This document shows, one piece after another, positions 14,097 through 29,163 of a stretch of 64,000 bases of DNA. The number at the start of each line of letters is the position of its first letter. Positions within the stretch are counted from its first letter, which is position 1. The notes under the pieces were generated by a model that had not been told where the DNA came from, ran no database searches, and saw nothing but the letters and a program-made list of their open reading frames with translations. Source of the DNA: Eledone cirrhosa (taxonomy: Eukaryota); contig OZ024741.1 of NCBI GenBank assembly GCA_964016885.1, forward strand, positions 97,898,001-97,962,000. Reading direction: 5' to 3'. The translations under genes were made by a program, and so were the position numbers.

Positions 14097-14649
14097 GACG
14101 TAAAATAAGAAAATTTAAAAAATTAAAAATTAACTTACTAAAATTTTCACTCCTACTAATTAGTTTCTGTAAGGGAATAATTATAGTTACGCAATGCAAC
14201 TATAGAGAAGTCCTTACGTCATCAGGGAGTCTATTCTCAGCTAAGTTCCCAGGCAATGCGCGGACACTAGGAAGCCATATAAAAATAATAATTCAGTGGA
14301 TGGAATAAAGCTAGCGGGGACTAAATTCCAGGGCACTGAAAACATTCACTCCCTACTTGGTCAGTGGCAAATTCTAAAGAATCAATCACGTGACACTGAG
14401 GTTAATCAGTGAGGAGTGGGGCAGTATTATGACAAGAGCCTAACTACTACCATGAACCATAGCAGTATATTTTGGCAAGTTTTGCTCAACAAATATTTTG
14501 GAGATAAATATAGAGAATTAGTTTATCTACCAACATTGGTATACAGATGTATACCCATGCTAGCAAATATATATGTTATGTCTTAGTACATTTGTGGTTC
14601 TATGCAGGGGGATGCAGAACAATTATATGAAAGACGTAAAATAAGAAAA

Positions 14650-14705
<56 letters not shown>

Positions 14706-14843
14706 TACATATATATACATATACGTATATATATATATATACATATGTGAAAAGTTCACTATATCCGAAGAAAACAGGTAAGGGAACCAAAGCCAGCACT
14801 CAATGTAGAGCTGAATCAAGAGAGAGAGAGGGGAGAGAGGGAT

Positions 14844-15010
<167 letters not shown>

Positions 15011-15484
15011 GAGAGAGACAGAGAGACTAAAACTGGTGATAGCATGTATTTAAAATATTGTTTGCGAACAAGGAAAACTATCTACTTATATATGTATAAT
15101 TCCCGGAAATCTTTCCATCCTTGAGATATTTTCTAGTAAATTGTATATAGTACGAGGGCAGCATGCCAAGACCTTATATTACATTACTGAAGATAAAGTT
15201 AATAAAACGCTGTGTTTCGATCCTATGAACATATCTAAATGAATTTTATTTTATTTATGAAAACTCGTTTGCTGAATGTTTGTTGAGTGCAACACCAGGG
15301 AAATATTTAATTGTATTTTCCACCGTTGCTTCTCTCAGATGGACAAAAAGTAAAATAATTTGATTATATCCTATATATTTCCACCCAAAAGGACGATTTC
15401 TTTAAAGAACCACATCTACCCACAAGCGAACATACCACACACATCCACATATATATATATATATATAAGAAGAATATATATATA

Positions 15485-16770
15485 TCAAGAATAATATATT
15501 TGATCTATTTAAGCACCATAACCTAAAAATTTAATTTGAGAACTATGTTAAATTATCTAACTTCCTGGATATATTCCTTAATCGTAATACCGGCATATAT
15601 TACCCTTACCATGAAGATAATGAGAACCTGAATTATGTTAATTATAAATCAAACCGCCCTATTCATGTTAAGAATGCTATAGTCAGAAATGTTGAAAAAA
15701 GAATCTCTAATCTATATTCTAATAAACTTATCTTTGACGCTAAAGCCAATTATTATAATAATGTGCTTTCCAGAGCTGGTTACCTAAACAGAATTAAATA
15801 CAATAATGAAACCAATCATGGCAGAACCTATAGTAACATAGCTAGTTATAAACATTCCGATAGCATATAGAGAAGACCTAGATATAAAAATATCATTTGG
15901 TACAACGCTCCTTTTTCTCTTTCTATTATTAGTAATATTCCTAAACTATTTTTTTAGGGCGCTAGCCAATTGCTTCCCTCCTTCACATATTTATAGTAAG
16001 ATCTTTAATAAGCATACAATTAAATTCTCTTATTCCACCACTTCCAACATCTCTAACATTATCTCTAAACATAATACTAAAATATTAAATAATAAATCAT
16101 ATCCATCCAACCCTGAGCGTCATAGTAATAACAACATTAGGCCCGACGTCAATGTAAACTCTAGGCAAGTCCCCTTAAATACAAATACGACGTCAAACGT
16201 AATTTCGTTGAATGCTGTTAATACGAATCTAAATCAGGAAACATTAGCACCTCTTGTAGGTAATTTCTCCAATTCAATTCCTTCTATAAATAACTCTGGG
16301 CCACTTGCAAAGAACTCTATTAATAACATTAATCGTAAATGCAATTGCCTTAATAGAACTAAATGTCCTCTTAATAATCAGTCTCGACAAGAATTTAGTA
16401 TACAAATGTAAGGTGATAACTGGCACAAATTCTTACACCTACTTTGGAGCTACTTCTACTTCCTTTAAGGTGAGATTATATAACCATTCTTCATCTTTTA
16501 AATACCCACTTAAAAGAACAAACACTGCTCTCTCAGAACTCATCTGGTGCTTAAAAGACAAAAACATTAATTACAAAATTTATTGGAGAAAAATTTGCAA
16601 CGCTTCTCCCTATTTTAATGCTTCCCTATCCAGAACTTGTAATTTATGCCTAGCGGAAAAAGTTACCATTATCTCTATCTAATTTTAATTCTATAATAAA
16701 TAGACGCACATATTTATTTTCGCTTTGTATCCACAAATCGCTTAGGTCATTCCACAAAGTTTATAGCTAA
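15485..16770 (+). mobile_element. 5'-truncated Penelope-like element (RT thumb, linker, C-terminal GIY-YIG endonuclease), pseudogenised
   Basis: NFLDIFLNRNTGIYYPYHEDNENLNYVNYKSN, IIWYNAPFS, linker CNCLNRTKCPLNNQ (CxCx5C) and NLVYKCKV...YFGATSTSFKVRLYNH...TALSELIWCLK...CNLCLAEK. Collinear with the element at 53025-54771. Confidence 0.9.
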
Positions 16771-17184
16771 TTCTTTCTCTATAACTAGGATTAAAATCTG
16801 TTTCTCACACAAATATATTTCTTTTACACATATACCCCTTTTTCTACCATATCTCAGTGCACTCTACAAAAGTTCATTCATACTATAACATGTTTGTCCC
16901 CTAATTGTATAATTATTTTTATTTCTTTTAATGATTTTTTTGTAAATTTTAACCTTCATCCATAAACCTAATTAACTTTTAAATTTAAAATATTATTAAT
17001 TCATTTATAAATTATACAACCGTTCTTTTCAGTCATCTCTCTGTGTGAGACAGCGTTTCTCAGGTTAAATGTTTATCTCTCTCTCTTGTCTCTCCTTTCT
17101 CTTTCTCTCTTCTTCCTCATCTAACCACATCTAACCACAAGCGAACACACCCCACACATCCATATATATATATAATATATATGA

Positions 17185-18632
17185 AGAAAATTAGTCCGTC
17201 ATCAGTGATCTTCCAACCGTCATTGGCATTTCTTCGCATTAAAGATCATGTACCTCTGACTGGTACGAGCAATAGCTAAATAAAGTTATTGGGACACGTA
17301 AAATAGGGTGAAGCGAGTGAGACATCTAAAGAAACAGAGATGGTAATGCAATGGAAAGAGAGGAAGAGGAGAAACAAGTTCCTGATATCTGTGAACTTAA
17401 GTTCCATCAAATCATAGACGAAGAGAGATACAGACCGTTCGAGCCGAGTGAGATGTAAGACAGAAAAGGATTTCACACAGGTCAAGCGGGAGGAAGTGAG
17501 AGAGGGGGAGTAGCAGAGAGTGAGTGAGTGAAAGTGTGAGGAAGAGGCCAGCTGAGAGAGAGTGACTGGCAGAGGGGGTAAAATGAAGGTGAGAGATACA
17601 GAGAAAGGGGAAGCAGTAAGAAAGAAAAGACAGGTCACAGCGGAGGGAAAAATATAAATATATATATGAAAAATGGCGTGCTGCGTGTTGTAAATGGAAT
17701 AGATATGTATAAAGTTAGTCCGTCATCAGTGATCTTCCAACCGTCATTGGTATTTGTTCGCATTAAAGATCATATACCTCTGGCTGGTGCGAGCAATGAC
17801 TAAAAAAGTTATTGGGACACATGAAATAGGGTGAAGCGAGCAAGACATGTAAACAAACATAAATGGTATTGCAACGAAAAGAGAGGAAGAAGAGAAACAA
17901 GTCCGTGATATCTGTGAACTTAAGTTCGATCAAATCATAGATGAGTAGAGATACATACCGTCCGATCCGAGTGAGATGTAAGCGAGGAAAGGATTTCACA
18001 CAGGTCAAGCGGGAGGAAGTGAGAGAGGGGAGTAGCAGAGAGTGAGTGAGTGAATGTGTGAGGAAGACGCCAGCTGAGAGAGAGTGACTGGCAGAGGGGT
18101 TAAAATGAAGGTGATAGATACAGAGAAAGGGGAAGCAGTAAGAAAGAAACAGACAGATCACAGCGGAGGGAAAAATATAAATATATATATGAAAAATGGC
18201 GTGCTGCGTGTTGCAAATGGGATACATATGTTTACAATTAGTCCGTCATCAGTGATCTTCCAACCGTCATTGGTATTTCTTCGCATTAAAGATCATATAC
18301 CTCTGGCTGGTGCGAGCAATAACTAAAAAAGTTATTGGGACACATAAAATAGGGTGAAGCGAGCAAGACATGTAAACAAACAGAGATGGTAATGCAACGG
18401 AAAGAGAGGAAGGGGAGAAACAAGTCCGTGATATATGTGAACTTAAGTTCGATCAAATCATAGAAGAGGAGAGATACAGACCGTCCGATCCGAGTGAGAT
18501 GTAATCGGGAAAAGGATTTAACACAGGTCAAGCGGGAGGAAGTGAGAGAGGGGTGTAGCAGCGAGTGAGTGAGTGAGAGTGTGAGGAAGAGGCCAGCTAG
18601 GAGAGTGCGACTGGCAGAGGGGCCAAAATGAA
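17185..18632. repeat. Tandem array of ~524-bp units (about 2.8 copies; the marker TTAGTCCGTCATCAG starts at ~17191, 17715, 18238)
   Basis: TTAGTCCGTCATCAGTGATCTTCCAACCGTCATTGG recurs at constant spacing. An inverted fragment lies at 8476-8555 and a diverged copy at 6800-7130. Confidence 0.92.
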
Positions 18633-18873
18633 ATATATATATATGTGGATGTGTGCGTGTGTATACTTCTGTTTAGATATGGTTCTATAGAGAAACGTCT
18701 AAACGACTGGAGCTATATCTATCTCTCTCTATATATATACAGAGGTATCCACTGTAAGTTGTGGGGTCTATTCTGTATGAAGAACTCAATGTAATCCATA
18801 TGTTGAAAATGTTGTAGGTTAAGATAAATCTCAGAAAACAATAAAACATTAAAAGGAAAACAGAGTCATGATA

Positions 18874-19101
18874 TAAGTTAAAACAATGAAATAACAAATC
18901 AAGTCATTAGAGATATATTTCACTGCTTTACGATCGTTTCTAGATAGTGATAATACATTGTATCTATACTCAGTTATTGATCTATGTAAGTTTATAAATC
19001 ATCAGATAAAGAGAATATTTACTTACATTTATATAACCAGCTGTTTTCAAAAGCAGTGATGTATATCTCTAATGACTTGATTTTTTATTTCCTTGTTTTA
19101 A

Positions 19102-19105
<4 letters not shown>
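18874..19105. repeat. Fold-back: ~55-bp inverted arms (18874-18928 / 19050-19105) around a hammerhead-like motif on the minus strand
   Basis: TAAGTTAAAACAA...TCAAGTCATTAGAGATATA..TCACTGCTTT is inverted as AAAGCAGTGA..TATATCTCTAATGACTTGA...TTGTTTTAACTTA, followed by (TA)n. The spacer reverse complement has CTGATGA...GAAA-CGATCG-TA, with poorly paired stems I and II. Confidence 0.75.
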
Positions 19106-19154
<49 letters not shown>

Positions 19155-19156
<2 letters not shown>

Positions 19157-19860
19157 GATATTAAACAAATGGAAACTATATTTATAAAACCATATTTATT
19201 TCGTTATATATATTTCTGGGATATCATATTAAAAATATGGTATGCCTTCCTCAGACAAAATACAATGCATAAGCTGTTTTATAAATAATTTTTGACATAC
19301 CTTATAATAATGCAACTTCCATTTAAAAAGTTGATTTGGTAGTGAAACTGTTATGACAGTTATATAGAAAGAAAAACGAAGATGAGAAGAAGAAGATGAA
19401 GAGATGTATGTAAATAAAAAAAGAAGAAGACGAAGAGATGTATGTAAAGAAAAACAACAGAGCGAGATAGAGAGACAAGGAGATATGGGAGAGAGAAATA
19501 CATTGAGGAAGTGAAAAAATATAGTAGGCAGCTTTTGGACAGATGATCATCGTATATGTGAGAGGTTAAGGAGGGAAGGGATACAGTTAAACTAGCCGAC
19601 ACATAAATCACGTCCAGTGTATAGGAGAAAAAGAAAGAAAGATGATATATTTAAAATATATTAAAAATATATTATGTCTCATCCATTTGAATTATCAATT
19701 TTTATGAATTAGGTATTATAATGTAAATATCAGTATTCATGAATGAGACACATATCCATAATATGTGAAAAAATGACCACATGCTTAGTTTAAAAATTCT
19801 TAGGTCTATAAGCAAAATCTGAGATAAAACTTCAAACATAAGTATATATGCATTCTCATG
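19155..19860 (-). mobile_element. Non-coding PLE-type 3' region with hammerhead motif (19197-19262); same family as 28930-29165 and 60.0-62.3 kb
   Basis: Reverse complement tattttgt-CTGAGGA-aggcataccatat...atatgatatccca-GAAA-tatata-TA-acgaaata. 19720-19800 matches 61130-61215 in inverted orientation. The element ends at (TA)n. Confidence 0.75.
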
Positions 19861-19867
19861 AAAAAAG

Positions 19868-19898
<31 letters not shown>

Positions 19899-19920
19899 GA
19901 GAAGGTTATCTCAAATTCAA

Positions 19921-20120
19921 GTTGATAAATATAGACACACATGTGAACCTACGTGATATGCTCCAACAGATTCTTATATTTCATGAAAAACTTCATTGCG
20001 TTTATTGTTTACCTGGCTTGGTTGATAAATATAGACACACATGTAAACCTACGTGATATGCTCCAACAGATTCTTATATTTCATGAAAAACTTCATTGCG
20101 TTGAATTGTTTACCTGGCTT
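19921..20120. repeat. 100-bp tandem duplication
   Basis: GTTGATAAATATAGACACACATGT...TTGTTTACCTGGCTTG occurs at 19921 and 20021. Confidence 0.9.
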
Positions 20121-20124
20121 GACC

Positions 20125-20545
20125 TTGTGGAAGGGAACTGGGGAGGTCATTGAGTGGTTTAATGAAATTAAATATAACAATAATAATAAATTTATTCAAC
20201 TAGATATTGCTAATTACTATTCATCCATTACCCCTAATCTACTAAATAAGGCACTTAATTACGCATTCAAGCATACAGACCTAACTAGCAATGAAATGCA
20301 CATTATATTATCGGCAAGGAAAACTTTGATAGAATTTAATAACCAACTATGGACTAGGGCAGATAGAGATAATAATTTTGACATTACTATGGGATCATCA
20401 GACTCAGCTCAGGTAACGGACCTTGTGGGCCTATTTATAATTAATTCGCTGCATAGGAAAATACCCGGTGTTACCGGAGGTTTATATAGAGATGACATGC
20501 TTTTACTTATTGAAAATAATAACTCTGAACTAAATAAGAAAAGAA

Positions 20546-20550
<5 letters not shown>
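20125..20550 (+). mobile_element. Penelope-like RT fragment truncated at (TA)n
   Basis: EWFNEIK...FIQLDIANYYSSITPNLL...FDITMGSSDSAQVTDLVG...GGLYRDDML is homologous to the RT at 53025-53808 but belongs to a different subfamily. Confidence 0.9.
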
Positions 20551-20631
<81 letters not shown>

Positions 20632-20743
20632 AGTAAGTCAAACATGTAGGTCAACACACCCAGGAGCTGAACATATCGATGTATTGACACAGTGGAACAC
20701 ATTTCAACACCATGTTTCCATGTTTTTTCTACATTAATTCGTA

Positions 20744-20796
20744 CTGCCTCATGAGGTCACAGCCAATAATAGCTGTCACCGAAATATATATAGCAG
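20744..20796 (+). ncRNA. Minimal hammerhead motif with mutated core
   Basis: ctgc-CTCATGA-ggtcacagc-caataata-gctgtcacc-GAAA-tatata-TA-gcag. Stems I and II pair; the core has G5>C. Confidence 0.6.
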
Positions 20797-20942
20797 AGAA
20801 TTTATAATGAACGAAGCCAAATTTAACATGTTTGACTCACTTATTTTACATTACTCCGGAGTAAACAAAGCAAACTGCGTTCTTCGTCGAGTGCTCTAAC
20901 CTGCATATTGAGGTGTCGGTAAACAATCATCACATACTCAAA

Positions 20943-20991
<49 letters not shown>

Positions 20992-21025
20992 AAAGAACAC
21001 AAGAGCGTCTACAACATCAAAAGAT

Positions 21026-21085
21026 TTTTATTGGCTTACAATGTTTCTTCCTTACGAAACCGTAGGATTCGTCAGAGCTATAAAA
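21026..21085 (-). ncRNA. Minimal type-I hammerhead ribozyme motif
   Basis: Reverse complement ttttatagct-CTGACGA-atcctacg-gttt-cgtaaggaa-GAAA-cattg-TA-agccaataaaa. (TA)n lies ~40 nt downstream. Confidence 0.7.
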
Positions 21086-21950
21086 GGGGTTTGATTGGTG
21101 TTATGGACTCTACAAACCAAGCATTCAAGAACAAAGAGTAAAGAGAGTAAAGAGCAAAAGTAGGGGACGATAAGTCTAATTTTGGTGCGGGAGGGTGGGG
21201 TGCGGGTCCTTGTTTACTAGCTGCGGTCATATTCATTCCCGGGAGTCGAGTGGTTAGCTGAACCATAGATGGGGTGGCGTCGATAGTATGGTGCAGAAGG
21301 TGTGCAGGGGCTACACAAACACAAAGGGCATACAATATATATATATATAACGGAGGAGAAAGTACATGAGGTAATTAGAAATGGAAAAAGAGTAATAATA
21401 ATAATCTATAATTAATAATGTATAATAAGGCATGGGGAAGATTACACTATAATAAGGTATAAAAGTAAGAATAAGGTAAAATATAAAGGAGGATAAAAGT
21501 GGAAATAATAAAGATAAAAAATATATATGTAAAAAAAAAAATATATAGAGAATATATAAAGAAATATAAGCGAGTATTTGGAGGGGAAAACACAATGTAA
21601 AAAAAACGATTTTTTCAAATAAAAATAAATATATTATAAATATGGGGGGAGAAAACGGGATAGAGAAGTATGATCAAATGTGATTAGTTGAGAGAATATA
21701 AGATGATAATAGTTATGTCAAGTTTATACATCTTAATAATAAATAATCTGTGTATCAGAGTTACAGAACCTTCAATTCACTTACAGGTTCAAGCCACGTA
21801 GCATAGTCCATTGTTTATCTGTGCGGTCATGCGCGTTTGGTTTTGACCAGATAGAAATCTATTTTTGCTCACCCGGACATTGACGGAGGATCCAATATTC
21901 CTAGTTCAATATGTGTGTGGTGTTATTTTGGTCGCACAAATCAATCACTT

Positions 21951-21985
<35 letters not shown>

Positions 21986-22140
21986 TACCTCACGAATATA
22001 TCTTTCTCACTGATTAACGTAAGAGTTCACTCTGGGCGACTGATTTCGAATTTGTTATAATTTGAATTTAGTTTTCCATCGAGTGGGTGAGGAAACGACC
22101 GTAGCTATAGCCGCTCTATTAGTCTCCTGAGTGTGTATAC

Positions 22141-22220
<80 letters not shown>

Positions 22221-22593
22221 TTATATGATTGTATAATAAGCTTGACATGAACATATAGAAAGATAGTTACTATATATTTGGATATAAAAACAGGTATATT
22301 CGTTTAGATAACAGTAAGCAAAACAATCAAAATCAATATATAGGTAAACATATTTTAAAACCAAACCTGGTGGGAATAGAAAGAAAATAACAACTAAATC
22401 TGACAAAATGTATAATTTTAATTAACGATATAATCCCTACAAACTCTCTGGCACTAAATTAATTCATATTATCCTAATTGGTTTATAGCATAAACATATA
22501 ACAGCTTATTATGGTAGAATGAACATCAACATGGTTATTATTCGAATATACTACATATCATATATACTGAAATTTGGAAAACTTATATGAAAA

Positions 22594-22731
<138 letters not shown>

Positions 22732-22866
22732 TGTTAGCAAAACAATTGCGAAACAATTCTTCGATGCTTTGTCTGTTTATTTATATTTATGAAACAAGTG
22801 CGTATTTGGCAATCGATTTAATGAATGGGCACCCACACACAAACAAACACATATGCATATGTGAAC

Positions 22867-22897
<31 letters not shown>

Positions 22898-22925
22898 CAT
22901 GTGTATGTATATATATATATATATA

Positions 22926-23050
<125 letters not shown>

Positions 23051-23145
23051 CAGTATAGCAATATAAGGTTGCACTTACTAATGAAACGGTCGTAAATACC
23101 TGGATAAAATCCTTCTCTTGCTGCTTACCTGCGTTTTCTCTTTTA

Positions 23146-23251
<106 letters not shown>

Positions 23252-23533
23252 AATTATCTGCATAAATATTCAATTATTTGAAATGTTTCAATTCAATATA
23301 AATTCGAACGGGAAGCAATTTTTGTTAAACAATTATTCTATAGTCTAATTGTTTTGGAGATGTATTATTCCTTATATGTTGAAATTGTAAATAATGATCT
23401 CCCATGCTAAATATGATATATAAATATCATATTTAATAATTTAATATGCTTCTCTTTCCCCCTCTCTTACTCTCAAACTCTCTATCTCTCTTTTTCTCTT
23501 TCACGCACTCACAGGTGCATATATATTTGTTTG

Positions 23534-23582
<49 letters not shown>

Positions 23583-23611
23583 ATATATATATATATATTT
23601 GTAAATATGTA

Positions 23612-23712
<101 letters not shown>

Positions 23713-24726
23713 CACACATACACATTATTGCTCATTATGGACTATGTATTCCTCTGCATATGCTGGAAGGTCTGAATTTTATAAATGTAGAGTACATCTA
23801 TCTACTTATTTGCCCATTCCTATAAAGAATACCTGCATAGAATATTACAAAACATGCATTTTAACCTTGCATTGCTTCAATAGCTTTATCTGTTTTAATT
23901 CAACACTGTTTCATGAAATACTAAGCACCATACCATACATTTATATACTTCATTTAATTCCTAATGTTATATATACGTCAGTTAATATATTAACCTTTTC
24001 TACGAAGACTCCTTAACTGGTGGGAGAATTCAAAATAGTGAGTCATGTGTTACCTTAAACCAGGAAAACCTGTCCAAATTTTAGCAATACATCGAATCCC
24101 ACTAAAACCTCCAAGTGACCACCTGTTACTGTTAATCCAGGTGACAAATAAATAGCCTTCTTGTTGAATAATAGTACGTATAGTCGACTTTGAATAAGAA
24201 CATATACACTTAGTAAGATTACTATGCATAATCAGCTTCACACTGACTGGAGAAGCACCCGAGATAATTTCAGTAATTTAATTATGTGAAATGCCTGGAA
24301 ATTGAAAAGGAAACAGCTCAGTTTTGAATTTAAATACGAATGATGAATAAAAAAATGTATATTTTTTTCTTAGAACTAATTAATCTATATAGAAAAATTA
24401 GAATATTAGGAATGGAGTAATATTATTCATTTATAGTAAAAAGTATAACTGACAAAAAAAAATTACCGCTATGGCTCTTTAGGTTGTCTCGTGCATGAAT
24501 TATAGTGACAAATATTTATCAGCTGAGCTTATCCTTACTATTTCCTGACGCAAACTCACTGTATGGGTGGTCCCCAGCTAAAATCTGAATGACTTCTCCT
24601 ACTGAATTAATTTCGGTAGAGTTGATGGGACTGAAATATGTTAACATTTTCGAAATACTGCAAAGGGAAATCAAGAGATTTTTTTTAATGCGAAGAGAAT
24701 TTCTCCAAAAGATGGTTGTGCCCATA

Positions 24727-24867
<141 letters not shown>

Positions 24868-25099
24868 TAAGTATGTATGTATACGTACAGACATATATGT
24901 ATACAGGCGTACAGTAGCATGTATATATATATATACATATATATACATACAGGCACACATATATATATGCACGTATCAGTTTACTGAACATTTATTATAA
25001 TGTTTGCTTTGTTCGTTTGTAAACAAACGAACAGCCTGATTTAGGCCGTACAGTGTTCACACAACCACGTCACCTTTTTGTTCAACACTGACACAGGAA

Positions 25100-25140
25100 C
25101 GATGTACTAGTTTCAAGTTTGTTAGCTATCGTCAGCACCG
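25100..25140 (-). ncRNA. Minimal type-I hammerhead motif (inverted copy)
   Basis: Reverse complement cggtg-CTGACGA-tagctaacaaactt-GAAA-ctag-TA-catcg, with one stem II substitution. Confidence 0.7.
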
Positions 25141-25370
25141 TATACCTTTCTGCCAGATGGTTGAACGTTCGAAAGTATATACTTTCCTTATGAAAATTAA
25201 CGGCTGAGCAGCCTAATTTGCATATCGAGTGAGTTCAGTCGGACAGGCGCACCGAAAACGATAAATGGAATAGAATGAAACGAAATTTCATTTCTCACTC
25301 TTAGTACGGCACTTACTTAAATGTAAGTACGTATATGTACATACATATATGTATACAGACGTACAGTAGC

Positions 25371-25518
<148 letters not shown>

Positions 25519-25575
25519 GAACACATATATATATATGCACGTATCAGTTTACCGAACATCTAGCAGAAAGGTATA

Positions 25576-25616
25576 CGGTGCTGACGATAGCTAACAAGCT
25601 TGAAACTAGTACATCG
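25576..25616 (+). ncRNA. Minimal type-I hammerhead ribozyme motif
   Basis: cggtg-CTGACGA-tagct-aaca-agctt-GAAA-ctag-TA-catcg: intact core, paired stems I and II, palindromic CUAG loop III, GUA triplet. Confidence 0.8.
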
Positions 25617-25848
25617 TTCCTGTGTCAGTGTTGAACAAAAAGGTGACGTGGTTGCGTGAACACTGTACGGCCTAAATCAGGCTGTTCGTTTGTTTACAAA
25701 CGAACAAAGCGAACATTATAATAAATGTTCAGTAAACTGATACGTGCATATATATATGTGTGCCTGTATGTATATATATGTATATATATATATACATGCT
25801 ACTGTACGCCTGTATACATATATGTCTGTACGTATACATACATACTTA

Positions 25849-25989
<141 letters not shown>

Positions 25990-26356
25990 TATGGGCACAA
26001 CCATCTTTTGGAAAAATTCTCTTCGCATTAAAAAAAATCTCTTGATTTCCCTTTGCAGTATTTCGAAAATGTTAACATATTTCAGTCCCATCAACTCTAC
26101 CGAAATTAATTCAGTAGGAGAAGTCATTCAGATTTTAGCTGGGGACCACCCATACAGTGAGTTTGCGTCAGGAAATAGTAAGGATAAGCTCAGCTGGTAA
26201 ATATTTGTCACTATAATTCATGCACGAGACAACCTAAAGAGCCATAGCGGTAATTTTTTTTTGTCAGTTATACTTTTATATATATATATATATACAGGAA
26301 CACATATATATATATATGCACGTATCAGTTTACCGAACATCTGGCAGAAAGGTATA

Positions 26357-26397
26357 CGGTGCTGACGATAGCTAACAAGCTTGAAACTAGTACATTG
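26357..26397 (+). ncRNA. Minimal type-I hammerhead ribozyme motif (tandem copy)
   Basis: cggtg-CTGACGA-tagctaacaagctt-GAAA-ctag-TA-cattg. Confidence 0.8.
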
Positions 26398-26544
26398 TTC
26401 CTGTGTCAGTGTTGAACAAAAAGGTGACGTGGTTGCCTGAACATTGTACGGCGTAAATCAGGCTGTTCGTTTGTTTACAAACGAACAAAGCGAACATTAT
26501 AATAAATGTTCGGTAAACTGATACGTGCATATATATGTGTGTGA

Positions 26545-26580
<36 letters not shown>

Positions 26581-26938
26581 GCTACTGTACGTCTGTATAC
26601 ATATATGTATGTACGTATACATACATACTTACATTTAAGTAAGTGCCGTACTAAGAGTGAGAAATGAAATTTCGTTTCATTCTATTCCATTTATATATAA
26701 ATATATCTATATATATGTGTGTGTATGTGTGTGTGTGTGTGTGTACTGAAATAATCAACATATATGTATTGGAGATGATTTCCATGGACAAACTGAACTA
26801 GCATAAATTGTGAAGGAATATTTCATAGTGATGAGGACATTCCCATTTGATAGTGTCTATCTGCCTAATTGAAAATAAAACCAGACTATGTATATGTAGT
26901 TGCTTACACAATTATAGATACTACTACTGCTGCAGGGT

Positions 26939-26976
<38 letters not shown>

Positions 26977-27003
26977 GTTGATATTACATTATATTTATAC
27001 AAG

Positions 27004-27194
27004 GGAGGTGGATTGGCAGTATCGGTAGAGGGTCCGGCGCCATTCTTTGACGCATAGAGTTACGGCCCTTGCCATTCTGAGTTCAAATCCCGCCGAGGTT
27101 AACTTTGCCTTTCATCCTTACGGGGTCGATAAAATAAAGTACCAGTAATGCACTGGGTATTTGCTGGCCTTGTGCCAAAAGCAGAAACAATTAT
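27004..27194 (+). mobile_element. tRNA-derived SINE (same family as 4281-5120)
   Basis: Full head, core and tail match the other copies. Confidence 0.88.
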
Positions 27195-27234
27195 ATTTAT
27201 ACGTAGTCACAATTCTACACATAATACACACCCG

Positions 27235-27307
<73 letters not shown>

Positions 27308-27565
27308 TGTTATGTGTCTGTGGTTGTGTTCCTGTAGAATGTCCGACATTTGTGCATTGGAGTGTATGCGCATGCACATGTAATTTTGTGCGTATATGTC
27401 AGAATGGAAAAGGGGGCCCATGGACATTGGTATGAACAGAAATTAGATGTATTATTGTAAAGGACATAAAAGCAAGATAAACGAAAAACAGTTAGACGTA
27501 TATAGACACAGAGACAGAGAAATAGATAGATAGATAAAATTACATAGACACACACATATATGTGT

Positions 27566-27970
<405 letters not shown>

Positions 27971-28929
27971 TGTATGGATGCATGCATGCATGCCTATTTA
28001 CTTCTTTGCATAGCGAAATGAAGAAAGAGAAAAGGATTATTCAAAATACCAAAGAAAACGATAAGCAAGTTCAAGAGTTCATCTGATAAGAAAGGATTTT
28101 TACTTGTATATGCTGATTTTCAAGACCATCAACTACATCCCAACGCTCAATCTCACACTTACAACCACATTTATTAGTGACATTTATGGTTTTTCAACAC
28201 CGTATGCTCTCCACTTCACTGTGAAGATTCATCGAGAAACGACGTCATAATAATGTCCCATGTATTGTTCGTTTGAAGTGGGCCACTGAGAATTTGACCA
28301 TCTGTTCTTCCACTGATATATAACAGTTCTTGCTTTATATCCCTACTGAGAAATTTGTCCGTTAAAGTGCTGACTTTCTCTACCAGCCACACACATGTAC
28401 GCAGGTACACACAGACATACAATATACGTATATAATTAGATGCCTTTAAAAAGCAAATAAAATGCACACAGGCAAATAAATATATAGAAATGATACACGC
28501 ATTTATAAGTACAGTTCTTAGAAATACAACTTAATATATTTTGCTGTAACTATATTGAAAATATGTGAAGCAGTAAGTGGTCTGGAGGTTTTCATTGATT
28601 AATTCTGTTTAAAAAGAATGCTGCGAAAGTACGAAACAACAACAACAATAACAGTAACTAAATATATGTCAGTAACAGTGGCGACACAATCAGAATAACA
28701 AATAATGATACCAGGTCTTACGTTTAGATTCTACTTAAATATGGTTTCGTAATTTTCATATAAAAGCTTTGTATAGGAAATTAAATGATGGCAAAGAAAA
28801 TGGAAAAACAGAATGTCCAGTATGTGGTTAATGCATACAAATATGAACAGATATATGGGCAGTTTGTAAAAGACACACACGCAATTTCACAGATGCATAT
28901 ATATACAAAAAAATATATATATATATATA

Positions 28930-29163
28930 TACGATATATTAACAAATGAAAACTATATTTATAAAACCATATTTATTTCATTATACATATTTCAAGGACA
29001 CCAAGTCAAATTATGGTGTTATGGTGCGCTTTCATCAGATAAAATATAATATAGATCAGTTTTATAAATAAATATTGACATACCCTTAAAGAATGTGACC
29101 AGTTCTGTTGGAAGCTCGCGGATAGATATTTAATTTGTATCCAAACAAATTAAATATAACTTC

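Noticed and set aside
17196-17226. SECIS-like or hammerhead motif in the 524-bp unit (minus strand ATGACGGTTGGAAGATCACTGATGA)
   Set aside because: The helix is too short for SECIS, and no GAAA or stem II follows CTGATGA.
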